64,000 nt of DNA from an uncultured Pirellulaceae bacterium (GTDB lineage Bacteria > Planctomycetota > Planctomycetia > Pirellulales > Pirellulaceae), in NCBI GenBank assembly GCA_964459305.1, contig CAYWNA010000038.1, positions 5,183 to 69,182 of the forward strand. Reading direction: 5' to 3'. A program made the position numbers and the translations under genes. Shown in pieces: positions 8,758 to 18,113 of this stretch (position 1 is the first letter of the stretch; the number at the start of each line of letters is the position of its first letter). The notes below the pieces were generated by a model. That model saw only the letters and a list, made by a program, of their open reading frames with translations, ran no database searches and had not been told where the DNA came from.

Positions 8758-9087
8758 ATGGGCGAGAACGTTTGCGAATTCAACGATGACAACTTCGAGG
8801 CCGAGGTTTTGCAGTCAACGGCCCCGGTACTGGTCGATTTCTGGGCGCCTTGGTGTGGCCCCTGCCGTCTGATCGCACCCGTGATTGACGAATTGGCTAC
8901 CGAGAATGCCGATTCGATCAAGATCGGCAAACTGAATGTGGACGACAGTCCGAAGATGGCGCAGACATACGGCGTTTCCAGCATTCCCACGTTGATGTTG
9001 TTTCAAGGCGGCGAGGTCACCGAACGTTTTGCTGGAGTACAGCCGAAGACGCGTCTGCAGCAGGCGTTGGATAAGGCGGTGGGTTAG
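8758..9087 (+). CDS. trxA: thioredoxin
   Basis: WAPWCGPC active site, 109 aa, canonical thioredoxin length and sequence. Confidence 0.95.
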   Translation: MGENVCEFNDDNFEAEVLQSTAPVLVDFWAPWCGPCRLIAPVIDELATENADSIKIGKLNVDDSPKMAQTYGVSSIPTLMLFQGGEVTERFAGVQPKTRLQQALDKAVG

Positions 9088-9177
9088 ACGCCGCGTTTGC
9101 CATTAGGCCGCCCAGTCTCGTTCCCGTGCTTCGCGTCGGAACGAGATCCCTGAAGCTCGCGAATTGCGTATGGGGTC

Positions 9178-11814
9178 TCAACGCGCGCCGCCCGGTATGG
9201 TGAAGCGAAACGTGCTGCCCTCTCCAGGCTGGGAATCTACCCAAATGCGGCCCCCGTGTCGCTCCACAATCCTCTTGCAGATCGCCAAACCGACACCGCT
9301 GCCGGCATACTCGTTTTCAGCAGCGTGCAGCCGTTCGAAGATCTCGAAGATCCGTCTTCGGTCGTTGGGATCAATCCCGATGCCGTTGTCGCGCACGCCT
9401 ATCAGCCAATCGCCGTCGACGAGTTCCGCGCTGACATAAATTTCTGGCGGATGGTCTTTGCAGTACTTGATGGCGTTCCCAATCAGGTTCTGAAACAACT
9501 GCATCAATTGCGTCGAGTCCGCCATCACCGTCGGCAGCTCGTCGTGAGTCACTCTGACGCCGCTCTGCTCGATCTCCGCCGCCAAGTTCGTCAGTGCGGC
9601 ATCCAATGCCTCCTGAGAATCCACCGCCTGGGGCGGCTTGCCGCGAGTCGTCACGCGAGCCACGGATCGCAGATCCTCGATCAGGTCTTGCATCCGCTCA
9701 ACACTCTGCTTGGCAAAGAACAGGTATTCGTCGGCTGTGCTGTCGAGTTTTCCTTCGTACTCTTGTTGGAACAGTTCGCAGTAGGTGCTGATCGCCCGCA
9801 GCGGTGCGTGCAGGTCGTGGGATACGACGGCGGTAAACTGCTCCAATTCACGATTGCTGCGTTCCAATTCGGTGGAGTATCGCTTCAGGCCCTCTTCGGC
9901 ACGCCGCTTGTCGGTCACATCCCAAAAGATCGCCTGGGTCCCGACGATGCTTCCCTGAGCGTCATGGACGGGCGTCTTGAGCACCTGCACATAGATGGTT
10001 TCATCGCCTTTCTGGTGCCCTTCGATATCTTCGAACAACTCGCCTGTCGCGATGATCCGCTGGTCATCCTCTCGATACTTGTTGGCAAGCTCTTCTGGAT
10101 ACAAATTCAGATCGGTTTTGCCTACGATCTCGTCCAGAGACATGCCGGACAACGCACAATATGCCCGATTGGCGAAAATAAACCGCCCCTCCAGATCCTT
10201 GCGCAAGATGTTCAACGGAAGGTGTTCGACCAGTGAGGAATAGAGTGCTTCGGAGTCTCTCAAATCCTGTTCGGCCTGTTTGCGTTCATTGATATCGTGC
10301 AGAAAGGCGTTGAAATAGTGCTCTTCACCGAACTTGATGTGGGTTGCGGACATCTCCACTGGAAATTCGTGGCCGTCGCGATGAAGAGCGAAGAACTCGA
10401 CGATCTTATCAAGAAAAGGACTCTCGCCCGTTACCAGGAACTGGCTCAGTCCTTCACGGAAAGCTTCAACGTGTTCGGCTGGGATGATCGTTTCGGCCAG
10501 GGGCCGCCCCAGCGCATCAGTCCGGGACCATCCGAATATCGCCTCGGCCGCAGGATTCCAGTCGATAATGAAGCCGCCCGCATCCATTCCGATGAAGGCC
10601 TCTTTGGCGGTGTCCACGATCATGCGCGTGTGCTGGACATTTCTCCGCAGTTCCGCTGTTATCGCCTGGAGCGTTTCCGTTCGCTGTTCGACCTGCTCTT
10701 CCAGTGTCAGATTCAGTCGCTTCAACTCCTCGTCGGCGCGTTTCTGATCGGTCACGTCCAAAGCCACACCGATCACGCCGACAACCGAACCGTCCCCATC
10801 GCGCAGCGGTTCGGCATGTGACCGATACACGTGTCCGGCCCGTTCCATCTCGAAGTTGACAGACTCTCCCTGACACGCGCGGCGATGGAAGGCGATGGCC
10901 GGAAAGCTCTCGTCCTCCGTGTCGAAAAACTCAAACAGAGACATGCCTACGACTTGATCGGGCTGCAGGTCGAGTCCCGCAAACCCGGCTCCCGCGGACG
11001 ATGTGTAACGCAACTCCAAATCGGTCGTCCACAAGATCGCAGGAATCTGCTCGACCATCAAACGAAGCCTTGCCTCGTTGTCGCGCAACGCTTCCTGGGC
11101 ACGCATCCTCTCGGTGACGTCCCAAAAGAAGGCTTGAACTCCGACAGTCTCTCCTTCGGCGTCTCGAACGGGCGTCTTCAGGACGTGCATGTACCGCGTT
11201 TGGCCATGCTTCACATTTTTCTCGATCGCCTCAAATGGTTCCCCCGTTTCGGCGATGCGGCGTTCGTCCTCCAGATATTTCTGCGCCAACTCCGGCGGGT
11301 TGAAGTCGCAAGGCGTCCTCCCGATGATTTCTTCCTGCTTGCAGCCGAGCAACTGGCAGAACGAGCTATTTGCATAAGTGAATCTGCCTTCGAGGTCCTT
11401 CCGTACCACGTACACCGGCAGGGTCTCGACCAGCGACTGGTACATCCGTTCCGATTCCCGTAGCTTCTCCTCCGAACGTCTTCGCGAGTCGAGATCATGC
11501 TGCCACTGCACCAGCGATGCCGTTGCCGCCCAAATGCCTGCAAACAGCAGGATTCGCGGAACCAGAGATCGAATCGCCGAGTCGCCGGGCGGCGGCGACA
11601 CAACGAACACAAGCAGCATGAGGGCCGTTGCGATGACAAGGGTGAAAAACCACCATTTCGACGCGCGCAGAGCGATCAGCACGGCAACAACGAGGGGCAT
11701 ACCGAGAGCCAAGACCAGCGGTAGCGGCAGATTCCACAACGCCGCCGCTGATGCCAAGACGGCCGCGAGCAATACCACCGCTTCACGTACGAGCTGGCTC
11801 CTGATCGCGCGCAT
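9178..11814 (-). CDS. membrane-anchored multi-PAS sensor histidine kinase
   Basis: Two N-terminal TM segments, three PAS-like blocks, H-box AVVSHDLHAPLRAI, HATPase G-boxes (GIGI, GSGVGLAIC). The tool ORF extends to 11958 with a GTG start. An internal ATG at 11814 precedes the TM region. Confidence 0.9.
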   Translation of the reverse strand: MRAIRSQLVREAVVLLAAVLASAAALWNLPLPLVLALGMPLVVAVLIALRASKWWFFTLVIATALMLLVFVVSPPPGDSAIRSLVPRILLFAGIWAATASLVQWQHDLDSRRRSEEKLRESERMYQSLVETLPVYVVRKDLEGRFTYANSSFCQLLGCKQEEIIGRTPCDFNPPELAQKYLEDERRIAETGEPFEAIEKNVKHGQTRYMHVLKTPVRDAEGETVGVQAFFWDVTERMRAQEALRDNEARLRLMVEQIPAILWTTDLELRYTSSAGAGFAGLDLQPDQVVGMSLFEFFDTEDESFPAIAFHRRACQGESVNFEMERAGHVYRSHAEPLRDGDGSVVGVIGVALDVTDQKRADEELKRLNLTLEEQVEQRTETLQAITAELRRNVQHTRMIVDTAKEAFIGMDAGGFIIDWNPAAEAIFGWSRTDALGRPLAETIIPAEHVEAFREGLSQFLVTGESPFLDKIVEFFALHRDGHEFPVEMSATHIKFGEEHYFNAFLHDINERKQAEQDLRDSEALYSSLVEHLPLNILRKDLEGRFIFANRAYCALSGMSLDEIVGKTDLNLYPEELANKYREDDQRIIATGELFEDIEGHQKGDETIYVQVLKTPVHDAQGSIVGTQAIFWDVTDKRRAEEGLKRYSTELERSNRELEQFTAVVSHDLHAPLRAISTYCELFQQEYEGKLDSTADEYLFFAKQSVERMQDLIEDLRSVARVTTRGKPPQAVDSQEALDAALTNLAAEIEQSGVRVTHDELPTVMADSTQLMQLFQNLIGNAIKYCKDHPPEIYVSAELVDGDWLIGVRDNGIGIDPNDRRRIFEIFERLHAAENEYAGSGVGLAICKRIVERHGGRIWVDSQPGEGSTFRFTIPGGAR

Positions 11815-12143
11815 ACACAGTTGCCTCGCATAAGCGTGAGACAACTCCCTGGAAAAATGCCACTCACACGTCGTAGCGGAAGTCGTGAGACCTTCCGCGA
11901 CCGAACTTTCACGAGTCCGACCACGATTATTTTGGTTGTTGGGAGCTGCCTGAAACACGCCAGACTTCGAAATGAAATCCGGACAGGCCTACCTAATCAT
12001 ACGGCATTCTATCGACGGCGACCAACGTTTTGGCGGGTGTGACAGACCAATTACCGCGCATTCTCGTCGGACTATGCGTTGTATGACGAGTTCCCTATCT
12101 TCATGTCCGCCGATGGGCTCTCACTTCAGGGAGGGATGAATTC

Positions 12144-12818
12144 CTACGTCGCGACCAGCCCTCGAATGTTATCCACATTCAATTCGCGCAGGCTGTCCAC
12201 GATCAAATCGGCTGCAGCGAGTTGCTCCCGAATGCGGCCCGTGCTGACCACGGCGACACACTTTATTCCTGCGGCATGCGCGGCAGCGACGCCAGCCGGA
12301 GCGTCCTCGATCACAACGCAGCGTTCAGGCGACGCACCGACTCGCTCGGCGCCCAACAGAAAAACCTGTGGATCGGGCTTGCCGCGCGTGACGTCCACGC
12401 CGGTCACGACGCCCTTGAAACGATGGCCGCATTCCAAAGCGTCCATCACCAAGCCCACATTCTCCGGCGGACCCGATGACCCCAGACCCAACAAGAAGCC
12501 GGCGTCATGTAGCTTGTCAATCAATTCCGCGGCTCCGTCCATCCCGGGGAAATCCTTGGCCAGAATCTCGCGGAACAGTTCCTCTTTGCGATCGTCGACC
12601 TCTGCCACCATCGCATCCGTCGTGATACGGTCGCCCCAAAGCTCCTTGATGATTTCGCGGCTCGTCCGGCCAAAGGTGGCGATGAACTGCTGCTCGGTCA
12701 TTTCCAGACCGCGTTCTCCGCAGAGTAGCTGCCAACTTTGGTAGTGCGCGTCGTAAGAATCGACCAGCACGCCGTCAACATCGAAAATCACGGCCAATTC
12801 AATTGACATTGCATGCAT
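12144..12818 (-). CDS. HAD-IA family hydrolase (beta-phosphoglucomutase-like)
   Basis: Motif I VIFDVDGVLVDS, motif II S/T, motif III K...GxD (VIEDAPAG). Confidence 0.85.
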   Translation of the reverse strand: MHAMSIELAVIFDVDGVLVDSYDAHYQSWQLLCGERGLEMTEQQFIATFGRTSREIIKELWGDRITTDAMVAEVDDRKEELFREILAKDFPGMDGAAELIDKLHDAGFLLGLGSSGPPENVGLVMDALECGHRFKGVVTGVDVTRGKPDPQVFLLGAERVGASPERCVVIEDAPAGVAAAHAAGIKCVAVVSTGRIREQLAAADLIVDSLRELNVDNIRGLVAT

Positions 12819-12887
12819 CCTGCGGGCTCAGCGATCAATTCTTCTGCGCTGACTCACGGTGGTTTGACAGGAAGGCGAACTCGTGTC

Positions 12888-13841
12888 CTACGTCTTCAAT
12901 CTCCGCACCAGTTCCGGCCAGTAACCGATAGCGAGACCTACGAGGAGTCCAACACCGTGAGCCAAGTTCGCGATACCTTTCCCGAGAAGAGCATCGAGAA
13001 CGCCAGCGAACCCCAGCAGCATAAAGCCCAGCAGAATTGCCACCGTTCCGCCGCTGACGTACAGGCCCGAATCCGGCTCGTAGGTGGTCTTCATCCACAA
13101 ATAGCCAAGCAGACCGTACACGACCCCCGACATACCGACGAAGTACGGCCCCCCGGAAAACGTCCCCCAGTCCGATGGTGCTAGTCCCTGAGCGAGGTTG
13201 GAAATCAACGCAATGACCAACATGATCAGGGCAAGCCGTGCGCTGCCGCGCCGGTCTTCGATCATCCTCGCAAACATGTGAAACATATACATGTTGAAGG
13301 CCAAATGAAAAATATCGCCGTGCAGGAAGATCGGAGTTACGACTCGCCAGACCTGACCCGCCGAGATGTCAACCAGCCGATCGGCTAGTCGATTCCCGTT
13401 CCAGTCGGTCGGTTGCATCGTGTCACAGAACTGCAATGTGCGCATCGCAACGCTCGCGGGGTTGCGCCCGAGCCCAGAAAGAAGGAAGAGGACAATACAC
13501 AGCAGGATCGTCGCGACAACCAATGGGCTTCGGCGCGATCCCGGCCGATTCCACCGGCCACGCATTTGAACCACGTTCTTTCGCGCCTCCTCGCGGCGAT
13601 TTGACTCCGCCTCCAGAATTGCGCTGGCCTCGCGGCGCACACCCTGATAACGAGAATCGTCCGGATTCTGCACAAACTGCTCGACGGCTTCTTTCGCCTG
13701 CTGAAGCTGATCCTCATCGCGGACCCATATTGCCCAAGACTCGCCTTCGTGTTCCGCGTGGGCAGGAATGCCTTGAGTGATCAGGAATGCAATCAGGCGT
13801 TCCGCCTGAACTTGATTCGGTAGTATTCCGATTTGTCGCAT
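12888..13841 (-). CDS. rhomboid family intramembrane serine protease with N-terminal cytoplasmic domain
   Basis: GMSGVVYG (GxSG catalytic Ser) and NLAHGVGL (catalytic His) within 6 TM helices. Confidence 0.85.
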   Translation of the reverse strand: MRQIGILPNQVQAERLIAFLITQGIPAHAEHEGESWAIWVRDEDQLQQAKEAVEQFVQNPDDSRYQGVRREASAILEAESNRREEARKNVVQMRGRWNRPGSRRSPLVVATILLCIVLFLLSGLGRNPASVAMRTLQFCDTMQPTDWNGNRLADRLVDISAGQVWRVVTPIFLHGDIFHLAFNMYMFHMFARMIEDRRGSARLALIMLVIALISNLAQGLAPSDWGTFSGGPYFVGMSGVVYGLLGYLWMKTTYEPDSGLYVSGGTVAILLGFMLLGFAGVLDALLGKGIANLAHGVGLLVGLAIGYWPELVRRLKT

Positions 13842-14058
13842 GGATATCCCAGCGGCTTCGCATCCAACAACTTTGCCCCATCCCAGGAGGACGATTCAGT
13901 GAAATCCCGCGGCGCAGACCCCAGGGATCAGATGCCAGGAAGGATGTTACACCCCAGCGGGGTGGCACCGACGGATTTGAGGAAGCCACACGAAATCGGC
14001 GCCTGTCGTCGGGCCTATTGTAGCAAGAACGGGCCAGCCTTGTATGCGGCCTCCGGTT

Positions 14059-15168
14059 TTAGACGCCAAAACGCGACTGATCGACATGGCCGGTGTGGAA
14101 AGGTGACCGATGTTCGGTTCCTCGAGGCGGCAATGCATAGGGAGGTATGGGAACCATGTCGCCTTCCTTCGTCTGATCGCTGGGGACGTGTTCGTCCTCG
14201 ACGCCAGACTTCTTGCCGACCGACTTTCGTGCCTGCCTGCTGGGGATTGTGATCTCGACACCAATCGGAAGCAGTCGGGGATCGGACAGTACGTCTGGAT
14301 TTGCGCGAAAGATGTCTAGATACAGACGGGGATCGCCAAAGTACGTTTGCGCCAGCTTGGGCAGAGTATCGTTGTCGACGATACGGTGTCGATGCGGATT
14401 GTACGCCGTCTTCGCTGGTGCGTCGTCCTTCTTCGGCATCAACGCTTTCTTAGCGGATGACGGAACGTCCGCATTCAACTCGTCACGGCTGGGCGGCCAT
14501 GTGCTGGACGGCCAGTCGTCGTCGAGTTGTGTCAAAGGGAACAGAGATGATCTGTCGGTCGTCTTCGATCCGCGCGTCACGTCTGATGCGACATCTGCAC
14601 GAGGTGTAGCAGTCATGCTGGTCGCGCCGTCGTCTGCGCGGGGCTTATTTGCCTTGGGCGTTTGCGCCTCAGCCTCGGCGGCCAAACGCTGGTTCTCAAG
14701 TCCACCCGACTTCTTGCCTTGCCGCGGTTCTTTGCGCGTAGTGGGCCTCTTCGTACTATTCTGTTTTTCCCGACTGGAAGGTCTTTTCTTGCTCGGCCAT
14801 TGCTGAACGGATTCCTGCTCCTCCGCATCCGCTCGTTTCAGGTACGCGCTCGCGTCCTCCGTTGTTTCTGAGTTATCGATCCGCGGTAGTTTCTCGACCG
14901 TCGATTCCCGTTTTACCTGGGGCCAATCGAAATCCGCGGGTCTTGCGTTCACCTGTTCGGCGTCGATTATGGCAGCCAACGGTACGTGACTAGGAGAAGT
15001 GGAAGCGCGCGGTTGACTATCGGGATGTTGCGACAGCACCCTCTCATCCACCTGGGCGGCATTTTCAGTAGTTTGAGGAGCAGATGATCTGAACTGCGAT
15101 GCCGCGTGGTAACCAGCGACCAGCACGGCTATCACCAACAGATACTTGACAATGTGTCGCATGGACAT
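14059..15168 (-). CDS. LysM domain-containing membrane-anchored low-complexity protein
   Basis: N-terminal signal/anchor. C-terminal HRIVDNDTLPKLAQTYFGDPRLYLDIFRANPDVLSDPRLLPIGVEITIP matches the LysM fold pattern. Confidence 0.55.
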   Translation of the reverse strand: MSMRHIVKYLLVIAVLVAGYHAASQFRSSAPQTTENAAQVDERVLSQHPDSQPRASTSPSHVPLAAIIDAEQVNARPADFDWPQVKRESTVEKLPRIDNSETTEDASAYLKRADAEEQESVQQWPSKKRPSSREKQNSTKRPTTRKEPRQGKKSGGLENQRLAAEAEAQTPKANKPRADDGATSMTATPRADVASDVTRGSKTTDRSSLFPLTQLDDDWPSSTWPPSRDELNADVPSSAKKALMPKKDDAPAKTAYNPHRHRIVDNDTLPKLAQTYFGDPRLYLDIFRANPDVLSDPRLLPIGVEITIPSRQARKSVGKKSGVEDEHVPSDQTKEGDMVPIPPYALPPRGTEHRSPFHTGHVDQSRFGV

Positions 15169-15626
15169 TCTCCGCGAACCGCCTGCCTTACGAGAATTCG
15201 TATCGGAGGTAGACGATTAGGCAATTCACCGCGAGGATAGACAAGCAAGGTAAGTTAGAAGAAACCTGCGAGAAGACGCGAGAAATGACGGTTATCCTCG
15301 TCCGAGTCATTTTCGGTAATTTCAGGACACTTTCGCTTAGACGAATCGTGCGAAAGTAGCGTGCTGCTCCGTCCGTTCGGATACAACGGCTTGGTAGCTT
15401 CAACGGGCTCGTGCGAATGCTTCGGACCAGTCGGATAGAAAGGCCGCTTCGTGAGGTGCCCACTTCGACTGTGTAGATCGGGCGAGGACGGTTGATGCCC
15501 GCGTACCACCAACATGATGACATCCGGTGGCGGTGTGTCCGCTCAGACTCTGCAAAGGCGTCGAGCCATGCTCTTGCGCTTTTTCGAACGGGCGGGGAAA
15601 AATCTGGAATTTTTTCGAACTACCTG

Positions 15627-15655
15627 TTGACATCCAAATGCGCCAATAATATTAT
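15627..15655 (+). promoter_or_regulatory. consensus sigma70-type promoter (TTGACA-17 nt-TATTAT) upstream of the Rrf2 regulator
   Basis: ttgacatccaaatgcgccaataatattat, about 30 nt upstream of the ATG at 15687. Confidence 0.4.
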
Positions 15656-15686
15656 GGATGTAAATGTCTGAATATCTAGTTCAAGG

Positions 15687-16169
15687 GTGGGGGCAATGAT
15701 TTCACAAACCGCTGAATACGCGCTTCGCGCCATTGTGTTTTTGGCCGATCAGCGAGGAACTCCGCGCACGACGGCACAGATCGCAGAGGTAACGCAGATC
15801 CCTGCGGGTTATCTCGCAAAAGTCATGCAGTCGCTTAGCCGAGTCAAGCTCGTCCATTCGCAGCGTGGGCTCAACGGAGGTTTCACGCTGACGATGGATC
15901 CTTCGACGCTGTCGATGTTCGACATCATCGGCGCGGTCGACCCCGTTCGCCGTTTCCAGGAATGTCCCTTGGGGCTGCCCACGCACGGCGACGACCTGTG
16001 TCCTCTTCATCAACATTTGGAGGATGCAGCGAACATGCTGGAGACCAAGTTTAAAACGACCAGCATTGCAGACCTACTGAACGTCCCCGATACGAAGAAG
16101 CCGCTGTGCCACTTCCCAAGTGTCCGGGAAACGCCACCTCCGCAGCCGCCGCAACCAGATGCCGAATGA
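15687..16169 (+). CDS. Rrf2 family transcriptional regulator (IscR/NsrR-like)
   Basis: N-terminal wHTH SQTAEYALRAIVFLA...AQIAEVTQIPAGYLAKVMQSLSRVKLVHSQRGLNGGFTL. Cys cluster CPLGLPTHGDDLCPLH. Confidence 0.85.
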   Translation: MGAMISQTAEYALRAIVFLADQRGTPRTTAQIAEVTQIPAGYLAKVMQSLSRVKLVHSQRGLNGGFTLTMDPSTLSMFDIIGAVDPVRRFQECPLGLPTHGDDLCPLHQHLEDAANMLETKFKTTSIADLLNVPDTKKPLCHFPSVRETPPPQPPQPDAE

Positions 16170-16254
16170 CAACATTGCCCCAAGTGCGGCGATGTATTTG
16201 ACGAGGTCGAATTCGCATATCTGTATACTTTTCTGGAAGGGAGAGAGGAGAGAA

Positions 16255-16689
16255 ATGGTCATAAGTCGACTTTCGAGGACCGTTACACCTGAGACGAGCG
16301 ACGACGTATCCCGTGGTCCTGCCCGCCGCGTTGTGAAGGATCTTGCTCAACTTTTCAAGCTGCTCGCCGACGAGACGCGACTACGGATTCTCGATATGCT
16401 CGGCGCACGAAAGGAGCTATGCGTAAAAGACCTCTGGGAGCGACTCGGCCAGAGCCAACCTGCGGTCAGTCACCACCTCGGGCTACTGCGAATGGCAGGC
16501 TTGGTCGACACTCGCCACGAAGGAAAGCACATCTACTACCGGATCCATCAAGAGCGATTCGACGAGTTAGTGGGCTTGATTCAGCAGACAAGAGTTGGTT
16601 CGAAGCTTCTTTCGGCCGATGAGCAATTGGAGGCTCCGAGCGAAGCGTCAACACCGCTCGCATCTGGAAATACCGGCGACATTGGCTAG
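16255..16689 (+). CDS. ArsR/SmtB family transcriptional regulator
   Basis: LADETRLRILDML...ELCVKDL...SQPAVSHHLGLLRMAGLV. Strong SD (ggagagaggagagaa) before the internal ATG at 16255. The tool ORF starts earlier at 16120. Confidence 0.8.
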   Translation: MVISRLSRTVTPETSDDVSRGPARRVVKDLAQLFKLLADETRLRILDMLGARKELCVKDLWERLGQSQPAVSHHLGLLRMAGLVDTRHEGKHIYYRIHQERFDELVGLIQQTRVGSKLLSADEQLEAPSEASTPLASGNTGDIG

Positions 16690-16803
16690 TGGTTTTCCAA
16701 GGGGCTCGGCGCATCTTACGGCAGAAGAGCGCGAAGGATCCTGTTTCACGGCGAATACGGGACTACCCATGTTCGATGCTCATCCCTGCGGGCGGTAAAA
16801 GCG

Positions 16804-17325
16804 ATGAACGTCGCGGACTGGGAGCTAGAGGAGCAGTGCAGGCGCGTCGCGACACTGCTGGCCGATAGCGATCAACGTGTGGTGTTTGCAGAAAGTTGCA
16901 CGGCTGGGCTGGTGTCTGCTTCGCTTGCTCGCGTGCCGGGGATTTCTCGGTATCTCTGCGGATCTGCGGTCACCTACCGAGAGGACACAAAGGCCCGATG
17001 GTTGGGTGTCTCAGGAAGCGCGCTGGAGGAACATACGGCGGTCAGCGAGGTGGTGACCACGTCGATGGCCCGTGGCGTGCTTGCTAACACCCCTGAGGCC
17101 AATCTGGCTGCTTCCGTTACCGGCCATCTCGGACCAAATGCGCCGATCGGGCAGGATGGTCACGTTTTTGTGGCCGTGGCGATACGTTCTGGCGAAAACA
17201 GCGATATCGCGTTTCCCATAGTAAGCGAGTACCGCGTACAGGCCGGCGACCGATTGTCCCGGCAACGCGAGGCGGTGCTGCTCGTCTTGGCCTGTTTGCG
17301 CCGGACGTTGGAAGACGAGTCATGA
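16804..17325 (+). CDS. CinA C-terminal domain protein (PncC-type NMN deamidase)
   Basis: VVFAESCTAGLVSASL (ESCTGG motif), 173 aa. Confidence 0.85.
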   Translation: MNVADWELEEQCRRVATLLADSDQRVVFAESCTAGLVSASLARVPGISRYLCGSAVTYREDTKARWLGVSGSALEEHTAVSEVVTTSMARGVLANTPEANLAASVTGHLGPNAPIGQDGHVFVAVAIRSGENSDIAFPIVSEYRVQAGDRLSRQREAVLLVLACLRRTLEDES

Positions 17326-17997
17326 ATGCCGATTGACGGGCTCGCCCCCAACCAGAAACTTCCACCACGCGAGCAATACCGAGTGAAAGCCGGCTTAATT
17401 CCCCATCTGCCTGACCAAAGCGAAATGGTGGTACGCACCCGGGGCGAGTGGATCGTGTGTGGGTGCCACGACTCGAATCGGCGGATCCCAAAGGCAGTCT
17501 TCCCTGGTGCCTTCAATCCACTGCACGACGGACATCGGCGTATTGTAGAAGCCTCCGCAAAGATCCTCGACATTCCAACCGAATTCGAGTTGTCAGTCTC
17601 GAACGTCGACAAGCCGCCTTTGGGTCGTCGCGAAGTCGCATGGCGAGTGAGCCAAGTGCCCGCGGAACAGGCCGTGTGGGTCACCCATGCGGCGACATTC
17701 GTCGAGAAGGCGAGGCTGTTCCCCAAATGTGTCTTTGTGGTCGGCGCGGACACGATCGCCCGGATCGCCGACGCTCGCTACTACGGAGACGATCTCGCCC
17801 GCCGCGAGGTGGCGATCGACGATATCGCTCGACAAGGTTGCCGTTTTCTGGTGTTCGGCCGATTGCTGGGCGACGGATTCCGCACGCTGGCCGATCTGCC
17901 GCTGCCGGAGAGGCTCCGCGACCTGTCCGAGGAGGTGCTGGCGCATCAGTTCCGCGTGGACATCTCGTCCACGGGATTACGTCTCCGTGGCGACTAG
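17326..17997 (+). CDS. HxGH nucleotidyltransferase-superfamily protein, putative NMN/NaMN adenylyltransferase-like
   Basis: FPGAFNPLHDGH (HxGH motif) and VFVVGADTIARIAD (ISxDxxxxxW-like motif). ATG abuts the CinA stop (tgaATG). Confidence 0.55.
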   Translation: MPIDGLAPNQKLPPREQYRVKAGLIPHLPDQSEMVVRTRGEWIVCGCHDSNRRIPKAVFPGAFNPLHDGHRRIVEASAKILDIPTEFELSVSNVDKPPLGRREVAWRVSQVPAEQAVWVTHAATFVEKARLFPKCVFVVGADTIARIADARYYGDDLARREVAIDDIARQGCRFLVFGRLLGDGFRTLADLPLPERLRDLSEEVLAHQFRVDISSTGLRLRGD

Positions 17998-18113
17998 ATC
18001 GGATTTCTTAGATGGGTCGAGGCAGCGGAAGTGAGTAGTCAGCTTCGGCCTTGACGAGGATGCTGTCTGGTCCGGCACCGGGCAAGATTGTGCACGGTCT
18101 TCTTGGTGCAATA

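Noticed and set aside
9088-9177. Possible intrinsic terminator after trxA (tcgttcc...ggaacga)
   Set aside because: 7-bp stem, 13-nt loop, no U-tract. Too weak to call.
9256-11833. Plus-strand ORFs 9256..10236, 10297..10821, 10831..11463, 11378..11833 antisense to the PAS histidine kinase
   Set aside because: The minus-strand frame carries unmistakable PAS/HisKA/HATPase motifs. The antisense ORFs are incidental.
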